Source of the DNA: an uncultured Chthonomonadaceae bacterium
GTDB lineage: Bacteria; Armatimonadota; Chthonomonadetes; Chthonomonadales; Chthonomonadaceae
Assembly (NCBI GenBank): GCA_963817895.1
Contig: CAWFQB010000001.1
Location: 1,312,001-1,376,000, forward strand
DNA: 64,000 nucleotides
Reading direction: 5' to 3'
The position numbers were made by a program, and so were the translations under genes. Below are positions 42,031-52,415 of this stretch, piece after piece (position 1 is the stretch's first letter; each line of letters starts with the position of its first letter). The notes beneath the pieces were generated by a model. That model had not been told where the DNA came from and made no database searches. It saw nothing but the letters and a program-made list of their open reading frames with translations.

Positions 42031-43446
42031 CTACGGCTTGTTGTTCCACTTCACATGGCCGTCGGCGTAGATGATAGCGACACCGCCGGGACCGGGGTAG
42101 GTTCCCAGAATGGTTTGGGCGGGATATTCTATGTCTTTTAATGCGCCGCCGCTGTAGGTATAATTCAGGCCATCCAGAATGGCGTCGTCTTTCAGATACG
42201 GCGAAACTACGTCACCGGATGGGGGAAGCATTTCGTCGTAGTCCTGACTGTACATAATCAGCGCAAGTCCTGCTTGTCTGGCATTGCTTATGACAGCGGC
42301 GCGCAGAGCCTGGACGAACGCCTCGCGTGGCACGCGGTTCAGGGGCGCAACCCAGGCCGCATCCTGCGATAAATACAATACCGAGTCGCCGCGCGGAGAA
42401 AGCTGCGCGTTCGCGGCGTCCGCGCACAACAGAGTACGCTCCGAATCTCCTTTGATATCTGTTTCCAGCCACAGCGGATACGCCCGGTGACGCGCCGCGC
42501 CCTCACTCAAAATCTGCGTGGTTTGCCGAACGCGCAGCGGGCCGACATAAAATTTGACAGCCGCAGCCTTGCCCCCTGTAAACGCGGGCATTTTGTCCAA
42601 TCGGGTCACAGCGCCAGTTGTGCTATCCATACGCGCGAAGCGTTGTATGAGTTTGGCCGCATTTGCCGAGTCGCCCGCTTTCTCGCCCGCGTTTTTCTCA
42701 AACCACCAGAGCAGCAGCGCGCTCCCATCCGGCATCCATTCAACGGCTAGATTCTGCTCTTTCGGCAAGGCGAGGGGTGGCCCAGGCGCGCCGCTGCCGT
42801 CCAGAATTCGCGCCGTATTGTCTTTGCTGTCGTGCAGGACAATTTGTGGTTTGGTAGGCGAAATGCTGTAAGGCAGCCATGCCGTCTGCGGAACTTCGCG
42901 TACATGGTCGCGAAGAGCGTCAATCAGCAGCAGGGCGTAATGCGGCGTTTCTGTAATCTGCTGCGTACCCTGCGCGTCCGGTTGCATGCCGCGCTCCAGC
43001 CACTGTATTGGCAGCAGCGCGGTTTGCGTACCCGGCAGCCAGGATAATTTGCCGGTGGCGAAGAGGCCATCCGAGGGCGTTGGGCCGTTGTGCTTCCACG
43101 CCGTCAGGCCGTGTTTCGCAGTCGGGTTCCACAGCATCAGGCTGACTTCCACAGGCGGCGGCTCCAGGCTTTGCGGGTCGGGGCGGGTATTTAAGGTTTG
43201 AGCGCGAAAGACAATCACGCGCCGGCCATCCGGGGACCACTCGGCAAAATTCACGCGGCCATCGGACACCAGTTGTGGCGGCTGCGCTACAACCGCCTCG
43301 CGTTCCAGAAGGACGTAGCGCGGCATCGCGGAAGAATTCCGGTTTTGCGCCCGTCCTCTCAGCCCCATCAGCATTAGCGCCGCGCAGCCTGTCACGGCTG
43401 CCCCGGCAATCCATCGTTTCCACTCTGTTCGCCTGTTCACGCGCAT
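42031..43446 (-). CDS. Secreted TolB-like beta-propeller fused to a DUF1559/H-X9-DG-like C-terminal domain
   Basis: Signal; WSPDGRR, WLPG, WMPDG, LSPRG blades; SNARQAGLALIMYSQDYDE...YADGHVKW. Confidence 0.75.
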   Translation of the reverse strand: MRVNRRTEWKRWIAGAAVTGCAALMLMGLRGRAQNRNSSAMPRYVLLEREAVVAQPPQLVSDGRVNFAEWSPDGRRVIVFRAQTLNTRPDPQSLEPPPVEVSLMLWNPTAKHGLTAWKHNGPTPSDGLFATGKLSWLPGTQTALLPIQWLERGMQPDAQGTQQITETPHYALLLIDALRDHVREVPQTAWLPYSISPTKPQIVLHDSKDNTARILDGSGAPGPPLALPKEQNLAVEWMPDGSALLLWWFEKNAGEKAGDSANAAKLIQRFARMDSTTGAVTRLDKMPAFTGGKAAAVKFYVGPLRVRQTTQILSEGAARHRAYPLWLETDIKGDSERTLLCADAANAQLSPRGDSVLYLSQDAAWVAPLNRVPREAFVQALRAAVISNARQAGLALIMYSQDYDEMLPPSGDVVSPYLKDDAILDGLNYTYSGGALKDIEYPAQTILGTYPGPGGVAIIYADGHVKWNNKP

Positions 43447-43644
43447 TTCTCCCCCGCTTCCGCAGTAAATTGATTTTGCATCGGCCCTGTTCTACCTTGT
43501 TAGAGGGATCCAGAGGGCGCTTTGGTTCAGGCTTCACCCCTGTTTCTTAATCCATATTCATCAACGCGGCCTTCGAGCTGCAGGTAGTACTCAGGCTGAC
43601 GCGGATATTTTCTCAACAAGTCTCTTGTTTTAGTTGGATTTAAC

Positions 43645-43666
43645 CATAATGATAACCTGATTATTA
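43645..43666 (+). promoter_or_regulatory. Possible Fur/PerR-like operator
   Basis: CATAATGATAACCTGATTATTA: partial match to GATAATGATAATCATTATC, about 130 bp upstream of the peroxidase gene. Confidence 0.25.
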
Positions 43667-43793
43667 CCGGAAGCGCCCGCGCTTTCGACAGCATAAAACA
43701 CTCACATAGAATTTTCGCATCAGGTTGCCAGGACGCAAACTACCAACTACGCGCTTTTGTCTTGCCCTGTCAGGCAGGACTTTCGGAGGAATT

Positions 43794-44819
43794 ATGTTTG
43801 GCCTCAACGCATCCCGTAGAACAAAAGTGGGCTTGGCCTTCACGGTGATGGTGGGTGGCAGCCTGTTCCTGTTGCCTCTGTTCCTCACATCGCGGCAGAC
43901 TGGCTCCGCATCTATTGCCAGCGCTGCTCCCGCCTTATCGCTTGCAGACGAACCGATTCAGCCGCTTTCGCCGCCCGCGAACTTCAATCCGGCGAAAGCG
44001 CGGCTTGGCCGCGAGTTGTTCCACGAGCCGCGCCTGTCTGCGGACAATTCCGTATCCTGCGCCAGTTGCCACGACCTCCGAACCAATGGGATAGATTGCA
44101 GAGCCGTGTCGGAGGGCGTTTATCATCGTCACGGAACGCGCAACGCGCCTACAGTGTTCAATGTCGGCATGAACTACCGGCAGTTCTGGGATGGGCGCGC
44201 GGCAACTCTGGAAGAGCAGGTAGACGGCCCCCTGCAGGCTCAAAATGAGATGGGGTCCACCTGGCGAGACGCGCTCGCCAAATTGCGGCAGGATGCCCAT
44301 TATACCTCAGAGTTCCACGCCTGCTATCGGGAAGGCATAGAACCCGAAACGGTACGCGACGCGATTGCCACCTTTGAGCGTTCTCTTGTCACCCCCGATT
44401 CGCGCTTCGACCGCTTTCTTCGGGGAGAGAAAAACGCGATCAATGCAACGGAACTTACCGGCTATCATCTTTTCAAGTCACTCGGTTGCGTGTCCTGCCA
44501 TCAGGGCAGAAATGTGGGCGGCGGCATGATGCAGCCGTTTGGCGCGCTGCAATCTCCCGACATGCGCGGCGCAGGGGGTGGAACGAACGAAGCTGCGGCG
44601 CGGGAAACCCCATCAGAAACGCTTTACAAAGTTCCGAGCCTGCGCAATGTCGCGCGCACCGCCCCCTATTTCCATGACGGCTCCATAGACAGCCTTCCCA
44701 AAGCGGTTCGCATTATGAGCGACGCGCAGCTTTGCCGCCATCTTTCCGAGGAGGAGGTACGGCAGATCGTCGTGTTTTTACAGACCCTGACCGGAACATA
44801 CGAGGGCAGACCGCTATGA
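43794..44819 (+). CDS. Di-heme cytochrome c peroxidase (bCcP/MauG family), N-terminally anchored
   Basis: CASCH and CVSCH; RNAPTVFN, QFWDGRA, KVPSLRNVARTAPYFHDG; GGAGG RBS. Confidence 0.93.
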   Translation: MFGLNASRRTKVGLAFTVMVGGSLFLLPLFLTSRQTGSASIASAAPALSLADEPIQPLSPPANFNPAKARLGRELFHEPRLSADNSVSCASCHDLRTNGIDCRAVSEGVYHRHGTRNAPTVFNVGMNYRQFWDGRAATLEEQVDGPLQAQNEMGSTWRDALAKLRQDAHYTSEFHACYREGIEPETVRDAIATFERSLVTPDSRFDRFLRGEKNAINATELTGYHLFKSLGCVSCHQGRNVGGGMMQPFGALQSPDMRGAGGGTNEAAARETPSETLYKVPSLRNVARTAPYFHDGSIDSLPKAVRIMSDAQLCRHLSEEEVRQIVVFLQTLTGTYEGRPL

Positions 44820-47555
44820 AACAAACGATACGCTTTCGTCCACAAATCGGAACCGGGCTGATCTCCTGCGCGGTTCTGGGAGTGATGACAATCCTGTTTG
44901 TGGCGGCGCGGGGAACCGACCCGGCCCGCTATGATGCCACATCGGAAACCCTCCGCCGGATAAAAGAGCTGGACGCGGGCGTCAATGCGGACGCCTTTGA
45001 ACTGCGGTTCGGACTGCAAAACTCCTGCGACGCGCTCAACGATAAACTGACCGCGCTGGCGCAGCTTCGCGCCCAACTGCGGGGTGGCCTGAACGCGCTG
45101 GAAGGCACCCCCTCGGCGGAGATGCGAAACGCGCTGGAAGCCGGGGAACGGCAGGGCGTTTTGAAGGGCAATCTGGCCGAGCAGTTCAAAACATCCAACG
45201 CTGTGCTTGCCAATTCGCGCTACTATTTTCCGGCGGCCTGCGCGTTTGTTCGCGGGCATTATGCGCGTTCGGCTGCCTGGCCCGCTTTCGACTCCGATCT
45301 GGCAAGCCTCGAACACGACATTCTGCTGCAAAATATGTCGGGTGAGGAAGGGTTGAGCGCAGTCGCGCTGGAACGCATACATAGTATGCAGGCACAAGAA
45401 GCGCGGCTGGAACCGGGCGCGCGGTGGGATGTACACAGCCTGCTTCTTCACGCCGGGATGTTGATACGCAGCAAGCAGCGCGTGGATGGGCATCTGGCAG
45501 CCCTGATTGCCGTTCCCTCCGCAGCCGCCTGCGATCAAGTGATTGCCGTTTTGGAGCAGCGGCGACACGCCCGATTTCAGAAGACCGGCCTGTACCGCAT
45601 GGCGATGTTTCTGGTGGGGCTGGCCGTCTTCGCGTACGCGCTGGCGACCTTCCGCAAAACCCGCCGACAGGCCGGGGAACTGTCTTGCGCCAATGAGACA
45701 CTGGAAGCGCGGGTCACGACAAGAACCCGCGACCTGCAAAATACGAACGCGGAACTGCGGCAAAGCGAGCAGCGTTTCCGGGCTATTTTCGACAACGCTT
45801 CCATCGGCATTGCCCGCCTTTCGCTGGAGGGCCGCCTGCTGGAAGCGAACGGCGCGCTTGCGCTCTATTCTTGGCCGCGCCGAAGCGGAGTTGACCGGGA
45901 GCGCGATAGCAGAGTTTATCGAAACGACCTGGCTGGAACATTTTCAGGAACGGATTGCCGCGCTGCAACACGCGGCAGACATCGCCGCGCCCGGCCTTTC
46001 CGCTTACGAAGAGGTGAAGTTCGCCCATTCGGACGGCTCCGAGCGGTGGGGACAGGCCGGCATGTCCCTGGTGCGCGCGGAAGCGGGAACGCCGCTGTTT
46101 CTCATTCTGCTGGTACAGGATATCACCGCCCAAAAAGCGGCGGAACAGCGCATCGAACGGCTCGCGTACCACGACTCGCTGACGGGACTGCCGAACCGGA
46201 CGGCGTTTCTGGAGCGGCTGAAAACCGCCATCGGACGCGCGGAATCACAACAGCAGCGCATGGCCCTGCTATTCATAGACTGCGACAACTTCAAGCAGAT
46301 CAATGATACGCTGGGACACGAGGCGGGCGACGAGTTCCTGAAGCAGCGGGCCACCTGTATGCGCGACAGCCTGCGCCCGGATGATACCCTGGCGCGGCTT
46401 GGCGGCGACGAGTTCACCATTCTGCTTGAAAATTTGCCCGATGAGGCCACTGCCGCGCATATTGCCCGCCGTATTCTGAAGAATCTGAACGAACCCATGC
46501 GCCTGATGGGGCAGGAGATTTTCGGCGGAGCCAGCATTGGAATCGCCTTCAATCGCGGGGACGAGGTGACGGCGGAAAGCATGCTGCGCAACGCGGACAC
46601 GGCCATGTACCAGATCAAGACGGCCAGCAAGGGCGATTGCATTGTCTTCGAGCAGGATATGAACGACCGCGCCAACGAGCAGATGCGGATTGAAAACGGG
46701 CTGCGGCGGGCATTGGAAAAGGGCGAACTGCGCGTTCACTATCAGCCGCTGATTGATCTCGCCACGGGGCGGCTGACGGGTTCCGAAGCCCTCGTGCGAT
46801 GGGAGCATCCCGAACTCGGCCTGATTCCCCCCGGCAAGTTTATCCCTGTCGCCGAAGATACGGGCCTGATTATTCCCCTCGGCAACTGGGTGCTGGAAGA
46901 GGCGTGCCGGCAGACGAAAGAGTGGCAAACCCTGTGGCCGCAGGACCCGCCCCTGATGGTGAACGTCAATCTTTCCGGCCACCAGTTGAAACGCGCCGAT
47001 GTGGTGGAAACGATTGTGAACATCGTTCTCAAAACGGGTTTTCCCATCAACTGCCTGCGTCTGGAGATTACGGAAAGCGTGATGATGAGCAATCTGAACG
47101 AGGTCAAAGCAAAACTGAACCGGCTGAAAGCGATGGGAATCAAGATCGCTCTGGACGATTTCGGCACGGGCTATTCTTCAGTGGCGAGTCTGGTAGACCT
47201 GCCGGTAGACAGCATCAAGATAGACCGCTCGTTCGTGTCCCGTCTCGGCCAACAGGAGCAGGCAAACGCCACAATCGGGGCAATCATCGCGCTGGCGAAA
47301 GCGCATGGCCTGGATGTGACCGGGGAGGGCGTGGAAACGCGGGAGCAGATGGCGCATCTTCAGAATTACGGGTGCTTGCTGGGGCAGGGCTATTTCTTCG
47401 CGAAGCCGCTGTCTGCCGACGCTTTCCGCTCGAAATTGGATACAGGCGATGCCTCCTTTGTCGGCAACATAAGCGGCCCGGCAAAACAACGCGTCGAAGG
47501 ACTGCTGTACCAGTTTTACAACCCGTCCGTCGAACAAACGCGACTGGCCGCGTGA
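44816..47555 (+). CDS. DAHL-like periplasmic sensor + PAS + GGDEF + EAL protein; frameshift near 45857
   Basis: TM - helical domain (EQFKTSNAVLANSRYYFP) - TM; SEQRFRAIFDNA PAS; RLGGDEF; EALVRW; DDFGTGYSS. ATGA overlap with the peroxidase gene. Confidence 0.88.
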
Positions 47556-47623
47556 CGGCCACTCCTGCTTTTGAAGCGTTGCGCCAGCGCAACAATCAAG
47601 TATTGCGCGTCTCCGCCGGTACA

Positions 47624-47663
47624 ACGCAAAAAGAGTAACTCGTTTGAGTTACTCTTTTTGCGT
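47624..47663. terminator. Bidirectional terminator
   Basis: Perfect 18-bp stem ACGCAAAAAGAGTAACTC-GTTT-GAGTTACTCTTTTTGCGT between convergent genes. Confidence 0.8.
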
Positions 47664-47679
47664 AATGCAATCTCCGTTA

Positions 47680-47752
47680 TGGAGCTGAGGGGATTCGAAC
47701 CCCTGACCTCCTCGATGCGAACGAGGCGCTCTCCCAACTGAGCCACAGCCCC
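47680..47752 (-). tRNA. tRNA-Ala(CGC), CCA not encoded
   Basis: GGGGCTGTGGCTCAGTTGGGAGAGCGCCTCG-TTCGCAT-CGAGGAGGTCAGGGGTTCGAATCCCCTCAGCTCCA; G3-U70 pair. Confidence 0.96.
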
Positions 47753-48377
47753 AAACTTCAGGCGTTAAGTATATACTGACAAAAATGTCAATAAACTTGC
47801 GCCACGCACTTTTTCAACTCTTGTTCTCCCTCCGCAACCTACCTGGTTGATTGGGAGATTAGAGTTCGCAAATATCGGATGCCATCTGATATTTTCACGG
47901 TTAGTATACTCCTGGGAATGGGAAATTGTCAAGCGGGTTTTTGGCTGGCGGCGGGGAGGCTGCATTTAGATGGCTGGCGCGGCTTACGGGAGCATGTCAT
48001 GCCCTGCTTTCGCTACGCCTGCCTGCCGCGCATTCGTTTGTCTGCCACCCGTTCGCCGCATTTCGCGACAACTATGCGTCAGTCGCTTGTTTTCGGCGTT
48101 TGTTTTTAGCCCACTCGTTGGTGGCTCGGTTGGCGCAGGCGCGGCAACGACGCCTGCCATCGCTGCGCGTAATGGTGTTGACCGCATCAAATGGGTTCCC
48201 ATGTGTGAGGGAGAGAGGTCGGTCATAAAACAAAACTATGGAAACACGCAAGTTTGGGTAGTGGCCGGATTGCTAATGGGAAGATTGCACTATCGTCAAC
48301 CCTGAACATAGTAGGGCCAGGCAGAAAAAGTCTTTCTGCCTGGCTGTATTGTCATCACTGCGTCGTGAATAACCTTC

Positions 48378-49547
48378 CTATTTGTGCAGCACCGTTTCAT
48401 GCACAGCGCCGCCGCCGAAGCCGCCTCCTGCCGCTGGTTTTGCAGGCGCCAAGCGGTACGTCGTGGCCTCTTTTGAGGTCAGCCGTAGCGTTGTACTTGC
48501 GGTAGAACGGTTCTCCGCAGTCGTCCTGGCGTCTGTCGCTGCCGCATAGAACGCCTTGATCTGCTCCGCCGTCACATTCTGTGGCTTCTGCTCCTTAGCA
48601 GGCGCGTTCTCAACGGCATCCGCGGCATATCCACGCAGGAGTTTGGGCCAGAGTTTGCGGAACAGAGCCGGATCGCTGAAACTGTCCAGAGCCACCACCT
48701 TGCCATTGACGCAGGCAACCGCGCCAACCAGATGTGGATCGCGGCCCAGGCTGTTCTCAAGTGCCTTGATGTACGTGGGAACCTCACTTTTGGCTGTGCC
48801 TTCCGCCATCGTGAGCGCAGTGCGGTAGGTGTCTGTGGCAGATTTCGTCTTGAATCGGGCATTTTTCGCTGCTACTTTGTCCCACACTTGCTGCTGTCCC
48901 TCACTGACACGTCCTGATGTCGCCGCAAGCGCAGGCGTTCCCGGAGACACGCGGGCCACACCGCCCGTGGTTTCCGCGTTTGTCTGACGGGGTGTTCCGG
49001 CGACATGAGCCGTCGCGCGGTCAGCGTAAAAGTTGCTTTCCTGCGCTCCCAGCCGGATGTCAGCGCTTGCCACACTCGGCGCGCTCGCCTCAAAATCGGC
49101 GTGTCCGTTCCAACGTCCATGCTCCACACAGAAGACGGTGATGGGAACGCGCTTTGCGCCTGCTTCGACAAGCCGATCCTGTCCGAGACAGCGATCCTGC
49201 TGTCCGCCCAGCACCACTTCGCCTGCCATCAGGTACAGCGGTTTGTCGCTGCGATTGGTGACATAGAGCGTGTTGACAGCGCCACCCTCCTTTGACTCCT
49301 GTACGGAAACCGTTTTGGCTTGCAGTCCCTCATCGAGCGTGAGATAGGTGTTGGTGGAATGCGCGGCAGGATCATAGATGGGAAGAACGGTGAGGTTGCG
49401 AAACGTGTGTGGCGTACCCAGTGTTCGGCGTGTGTCCAGTCGCGCCTGCCTGGTAGTTGAGACGGGCGTGGTTTGAGCGTGAATCTGGGCGAAAGGGCCT
49501 GTAATCATCAGGCCCAGCATCAGGGCAGCGATTCGGCGTGTAGTCAT
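48378..49547 (-). CDS. DUF6569/ARPP-1-like protein with signal peptide
   Basis: YLTLDEGL, VNTLYVTN, GEVVLGGQQDR, FCVEHGRW, QQQVW, LWPKLLRGYA; AAAGGAGA RBS. Confidence 0.8.
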   Translation of the reverse strand: MTTRRIAALMLGLMITGPFAQIHAQTTPVSTTRQARLDTRRTLGTPHTFRNLTVLPIYDPAAHSTNTYLTLDEGLQAKTVSVQESKEGGAVNTLYVTNRSDKPLYLMAGEVVLGGQQDRCLGQDRLVEAGAKRVPITVFCVEHGRWNGHADFEASAPSVASADIRLGAQESNFYADRATAHVAGTPRQTNAETTGGVARVSPGTPALAATSGRVSEGQQQVWDKVAAKNARFKTKSATDTYRTALTMAEGTAKSEVPTYIKALENSLGRDPHLVGAVACVNGKVVALDSFSDPALFRKLWPKLLRGYAADAVENAPAKEQKPQNVTAEQIKAFYAAATDARTTAENRSTASTTLRLTSKEATTYRLAPAKPAAGGGFGGGAVHETVLHK

Positions 49548-49851
49548 GGCGAGTTCTCCTTTGAAACAGATAGAACAGCAAAAAGATGCTGCTTCGACGT
49601 GCTTGCTGTTGTCTTGGTTACTCGCAACGGCACAAAGGTTCATAATGCCCGGTTCGGGTCGTAAATGGCGTCATCCGAAAAATGTGGCTATCGTACTGAC
49701 GCAGCAGGCGAACAGACTTTTCGCCCGCTGCGTCAGAAGCGAAATTGTTGCTCCGCAGGAATGGGCAAAATGCCAGGCTGGTTGAGCATGGGACACACGA
49801 GAAACGAAAAAGAGAATACTGGAAGATAATCACCGACATTGAGGAGACTAT

Positions 49852-50230
49852 GTGAACGACGAGAAGAACTTGAGCGAGAGTTATGACGGCATCGCGGCTT
49901 TGTCGTGGGACTGGATGGGCGGAGACGATGTACAGGCCGACTTTGACTTCTACCGGCGTAAGATCGAAACGTTTCCGGGTACGGCGCTGGATTTGACTTG
50001 CGGCACAGGCAGGCATTCGCTCCGCTATTTACAGGCTGGATAAACTCTGCCACGATGGGCAGATTGTGCAGGCGGAACTGCACTGTCTTCACCTTCGGTG
50101 GTACTACAAGCATGAACTGACAATGATGTTGGAGCAAGCGGGGTTCCAGGACATCTTCGTTCATGGCGACTACACCGATGCTGCGGCAACCGCACAGAGT
50201 TCCGAAACCGTGTACAGCGCTCGAAAATAA
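49852..50230 (+). pseudogene. Class I SAM methyltransferase remnant with internal deletion
   Basis: LDLTCGTGR motif I followed by a stop; downstream fragment MLEQAGFQDIFVHGDY...SARK*. Confidence 0.7.
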
Positions 50231-50257
50231 CTGATTGCACAGTTAGGCAGACTCTTA

Positions 50258-50818
50258 ATGCTCCCAATGTACCATTTACCTGTTCGACGCATCCACATTA
50301 TCGGCATGGCAGGCAGCGGCAAGACCACTCTGGCTCGCCAACTTGCCGAATGTCTGAATGCTCCATGTTACGAATTGGATGTGATTGGCTATGAAAACGG
50401 TTCGGGCGCGAAACGCCCCCTCAAACAACGCCAGGCCGACATTCAGAAGATCGGCGAGCAGTCTTCCTGGATTGTAGAAGGCGCTTTTCTGTGGTGGGTG
50501 GATGATCTGTTGGCTCATGCCGATGTGATTGTATGGCTCGACCTGCATTGGCGGCGGTGCTGGTGGCGCATCGTTCTTCGTCACATCAAGGCTGACCTCG
50601 CCCATAACAACCGACATCCTGGCTTTCGCAATATGCTTCGGTTTGCAGCCGGAGCGCGGCCTTACTACACCAATCCTGTGCCTGCTGTGCCTTCTGCGCC
50701 CGACGATGATGGAGCCAATCGCGCCGCCGTTGCTCAAGTGCTTGCTGGCTATAAGCCAAAGGTAGCGCATTGCTGCCGTCCAGCCGATGTCAAAGCAGTC
50801 TTGAAGCTAATCACGTAA
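50258..50818 (+). CDS. P-loop kinase (FlaR / topology-modulation-protein-like)
   Basis: RIHIIGMAGSGKTT, WIVEG, ADVIVWLD. Confidence 0.85.
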   Translation: MLPMYHLPVRRIHIIGMAGSGKTTLARQLAECLNAPCYELDVIGYENGSGAKRPLKQRQADIQKIGEQSSWIVEGAFLWWVDDLLAHADVIVWLDLHWRRCWWRIVLRHIKADLAHNNRHPGFRNMLRFAAGARPYYTNPVPAVPSAPDDDGANRAAVAQVLAGYKPKVAHCCRPADVKAVLKLIT

Positions 50819-50869
50819 GGACGTTCAGGCACATATCAATCAACCTATCTGTAAACTTGTAACAGCAGG

Positions 50870-51102
50870 CGAAAAATCTTTTCGCCCCCGCGCTTTAGCC
50901 GGGGTATCTGACTGGCGAGATACCTCAACACGAAACGGTTCTTCGGCTGACTCATCAACTTCCTGGTTTTACGATAAAGCCTGAGAAGAATAGCAGGCAC
51001 AAGACGATCTTCCTTTGCAGCGCCACACATAAAAGTCGGCGTTAGCCTCCTCGTAGACCTGAGAACATGAGCCTCCCGCCTTCAGGCGTGGGGAGCCGTC
51101 AC
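50870..51102 (+). mobile_element. Miniature non-autonomous IS200/IS605-like element
   Basis: Two IS605-style hairpin ends: GCCCCCGCGCTTTAGCCGGGGTATCTGAC (50884-50912) and CTCCCGCCTTCAGGCGTGGGGAGCCGTCAC (ending 51102). No transposase; left boundary approximate. Confidence 0.6.
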
Positions 51103-52172
51103 AGCATGTAAAGGGGATTGTGGCAGGCGTAGCGATCCAACTGGCAGAGCGGGCGCGTACACATCAGTTGGTATTGAAACACGATTTGCCAGCCGCAATC
51201 GAGCAGCCAGCGCAGGGTATGTTCGTTGGTTCCCGCGACGGCCCAGTAGGGTTCCAGCGGCTCTAAAAAGTCGTACCCCTGCGTATTGCGAACATGAGCG
51301 GCGGACAATTGCGTGACATGCGCCAGCAGAACGGGCAGCATCGGGGGCGTGGCGGCAAGCGCGGGGCCGCTGCAATGGGGACCGATGTAGGCGTAGCCCT
51401 CGATTTCGCCCGTGTCTGCCGCCCGGAACAGGCGGGACGCGCTCATTTCGCCCCCCATGATTTCGGCCCAAAGCCGGTGTTCTGAGGGGCGGGCGTAACC
51501 CACAACGGCGCGGTCCAGTTCATCCAGCCGCTGCTGCACAGATGGCGTCAGCGTAAGGGGCGCGGCAATCAGTTTTGCGGTGTCAACATTCCGCAGGGAG
51601 GCGTTCGGTATTTTACCCGCGCGGCTCGGATACGCCTCATTGGATTGGGTTTCCACAATGAGAGGGCCGTCGGTCGGGGGGCGCAGATTGGCGGCGGGGC
51701 CGGACAGCAGCAGCATGGGAACATGCGGAAAGCAGCCCGCTCGCCGCATGTAAAGCGCGTTGGCGGAGGGGTGATGCGAGGCGAGTACCAGCCGGGTGTC
51801 GGCGTGGGCGCGATTGCCGTCTGCCAGACAACGCTCCAGCAGCGCGCGGCCCACGCCCTGCCGATGATGGGTCGGCAGGACAAAAAATTCCGTCAGGCTC
51901 CACACGCGCTCGCGAACGATGCTGTGCGCGTAGCCGACCACGCGCGGCCTTGCGAACCGGGCGGTCTCTTCGGCCAGCCAGAAACTGGAATCGGGGGCGG
52001 CGCGTAAATGCCGGCGCGTGGGCGCGTGGTGCTGCCAGTTCATCTCGTAGCCCATGGCGCGGCGCATTACATCGAAGGTGGCGGCCTCATCCGCGTCCTT
52101 CGCCCGCCGCAGTTGGATGTTACGCGGCAGGGGAGGAGAAGCGTGGGGCGCGAAGAATGTGGAAAAGGGCAT
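51099..52172 (-). CDS. Tandem GNAT-family acetyltransferase
   Basis: FFVLPTHHRQGVGRALL, ANALY; second domain IEGYAYIG...GPA. Confidence 0.85.
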   Translation of the reverse strand: MPFSTFFAPHASPPLPRNIQLRRAKDADEAATFDVMRRAMGYEMNWQHHAPTRRHLRAAPDSSFWLAEETARFARPRVVGYAHSIVRERVWSLTEFFVLPTHHRQGVGRALLERCLADGNRAHADTRLVLASHHPSANALYMRRAGCFPHVPMLLLSGPAANLRPPTDGPLIVETQSNEAYPSRAGKIPNASLRNVDTAKLIAAPLTLTPSVQQRLDELDRAVVGYARPSEHRLWAEIMGGEMSASRLFRAADTGEIEGYAYIGPHCSGPALAATPPMLPVLLAHVTQLSAAHVRNTQGYDFLEPLEPYWAVAGTNEHTLRWLLDCGWQIVFQYQLMCTRPLCQLDRYACHNPLYML

Positions 52173-52251
52173 GCTGTTGCCTTCCCGCCTGCAAGATGCT
52201 TTTCAGGGCGCAAGTGGAAACGTTACCCGCCATGTTGTGCTTCTGCGCAGG

Positions 52252-52404
52252 TCACTTCATGGTGGCGATCACGAAAACAGCCGCGCCCACGAGAAGCAGA
52301 ATCAATACCGCGAACATGGCGGCCACACGGAACAGCCGTTTGGCAATGGCTCCGATTATGCCGACTAACAATAACAGAACGGCCATCGCTACGATTAGCG
52401 TCAT
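52252..52404 (-). CDS. 50-aa two-TM membrane protein (not in the ORF track)
   Basis: GGAGAG RBS; MTLIVAMAVLLLLVGIIGAIAKRLFRVAAMFAVLILLLVGAAVFVIATMK. Confidence 0.6.
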   Translation of the reverse strand: MTLIVAMAVLLLLVGIIGAIAKRLFRVAAMFAVLILLLVGAAVFVIATMK

Positions 52405-52415
52405 GTTTGTCTCTC

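Noticed and set aside
40292..43446. Complete restriction-modification system
   Set aside because: No endonuclease other than Vsr; flanking genes are a sulfatase-like enzyme and a secreted propeller.
43715..43760. c-di-GMP-I riboswitch upstream of the peroxidase operon
   Set aside because: Only GGACGCAAA matches; no GAAA-capped P2 stem or P1 pairing found.
47680..47710. tRNA-Ala as the integration site of an island
   Set aside because: I saw no duplicate of its 3' end in the window and no integrase; search was by eye only.
47765..48305. Several short overlapping ORFs between the tRNA and the DUF6569 gene
   Set aside because: No recognisable motifs; cannot choose a frame.
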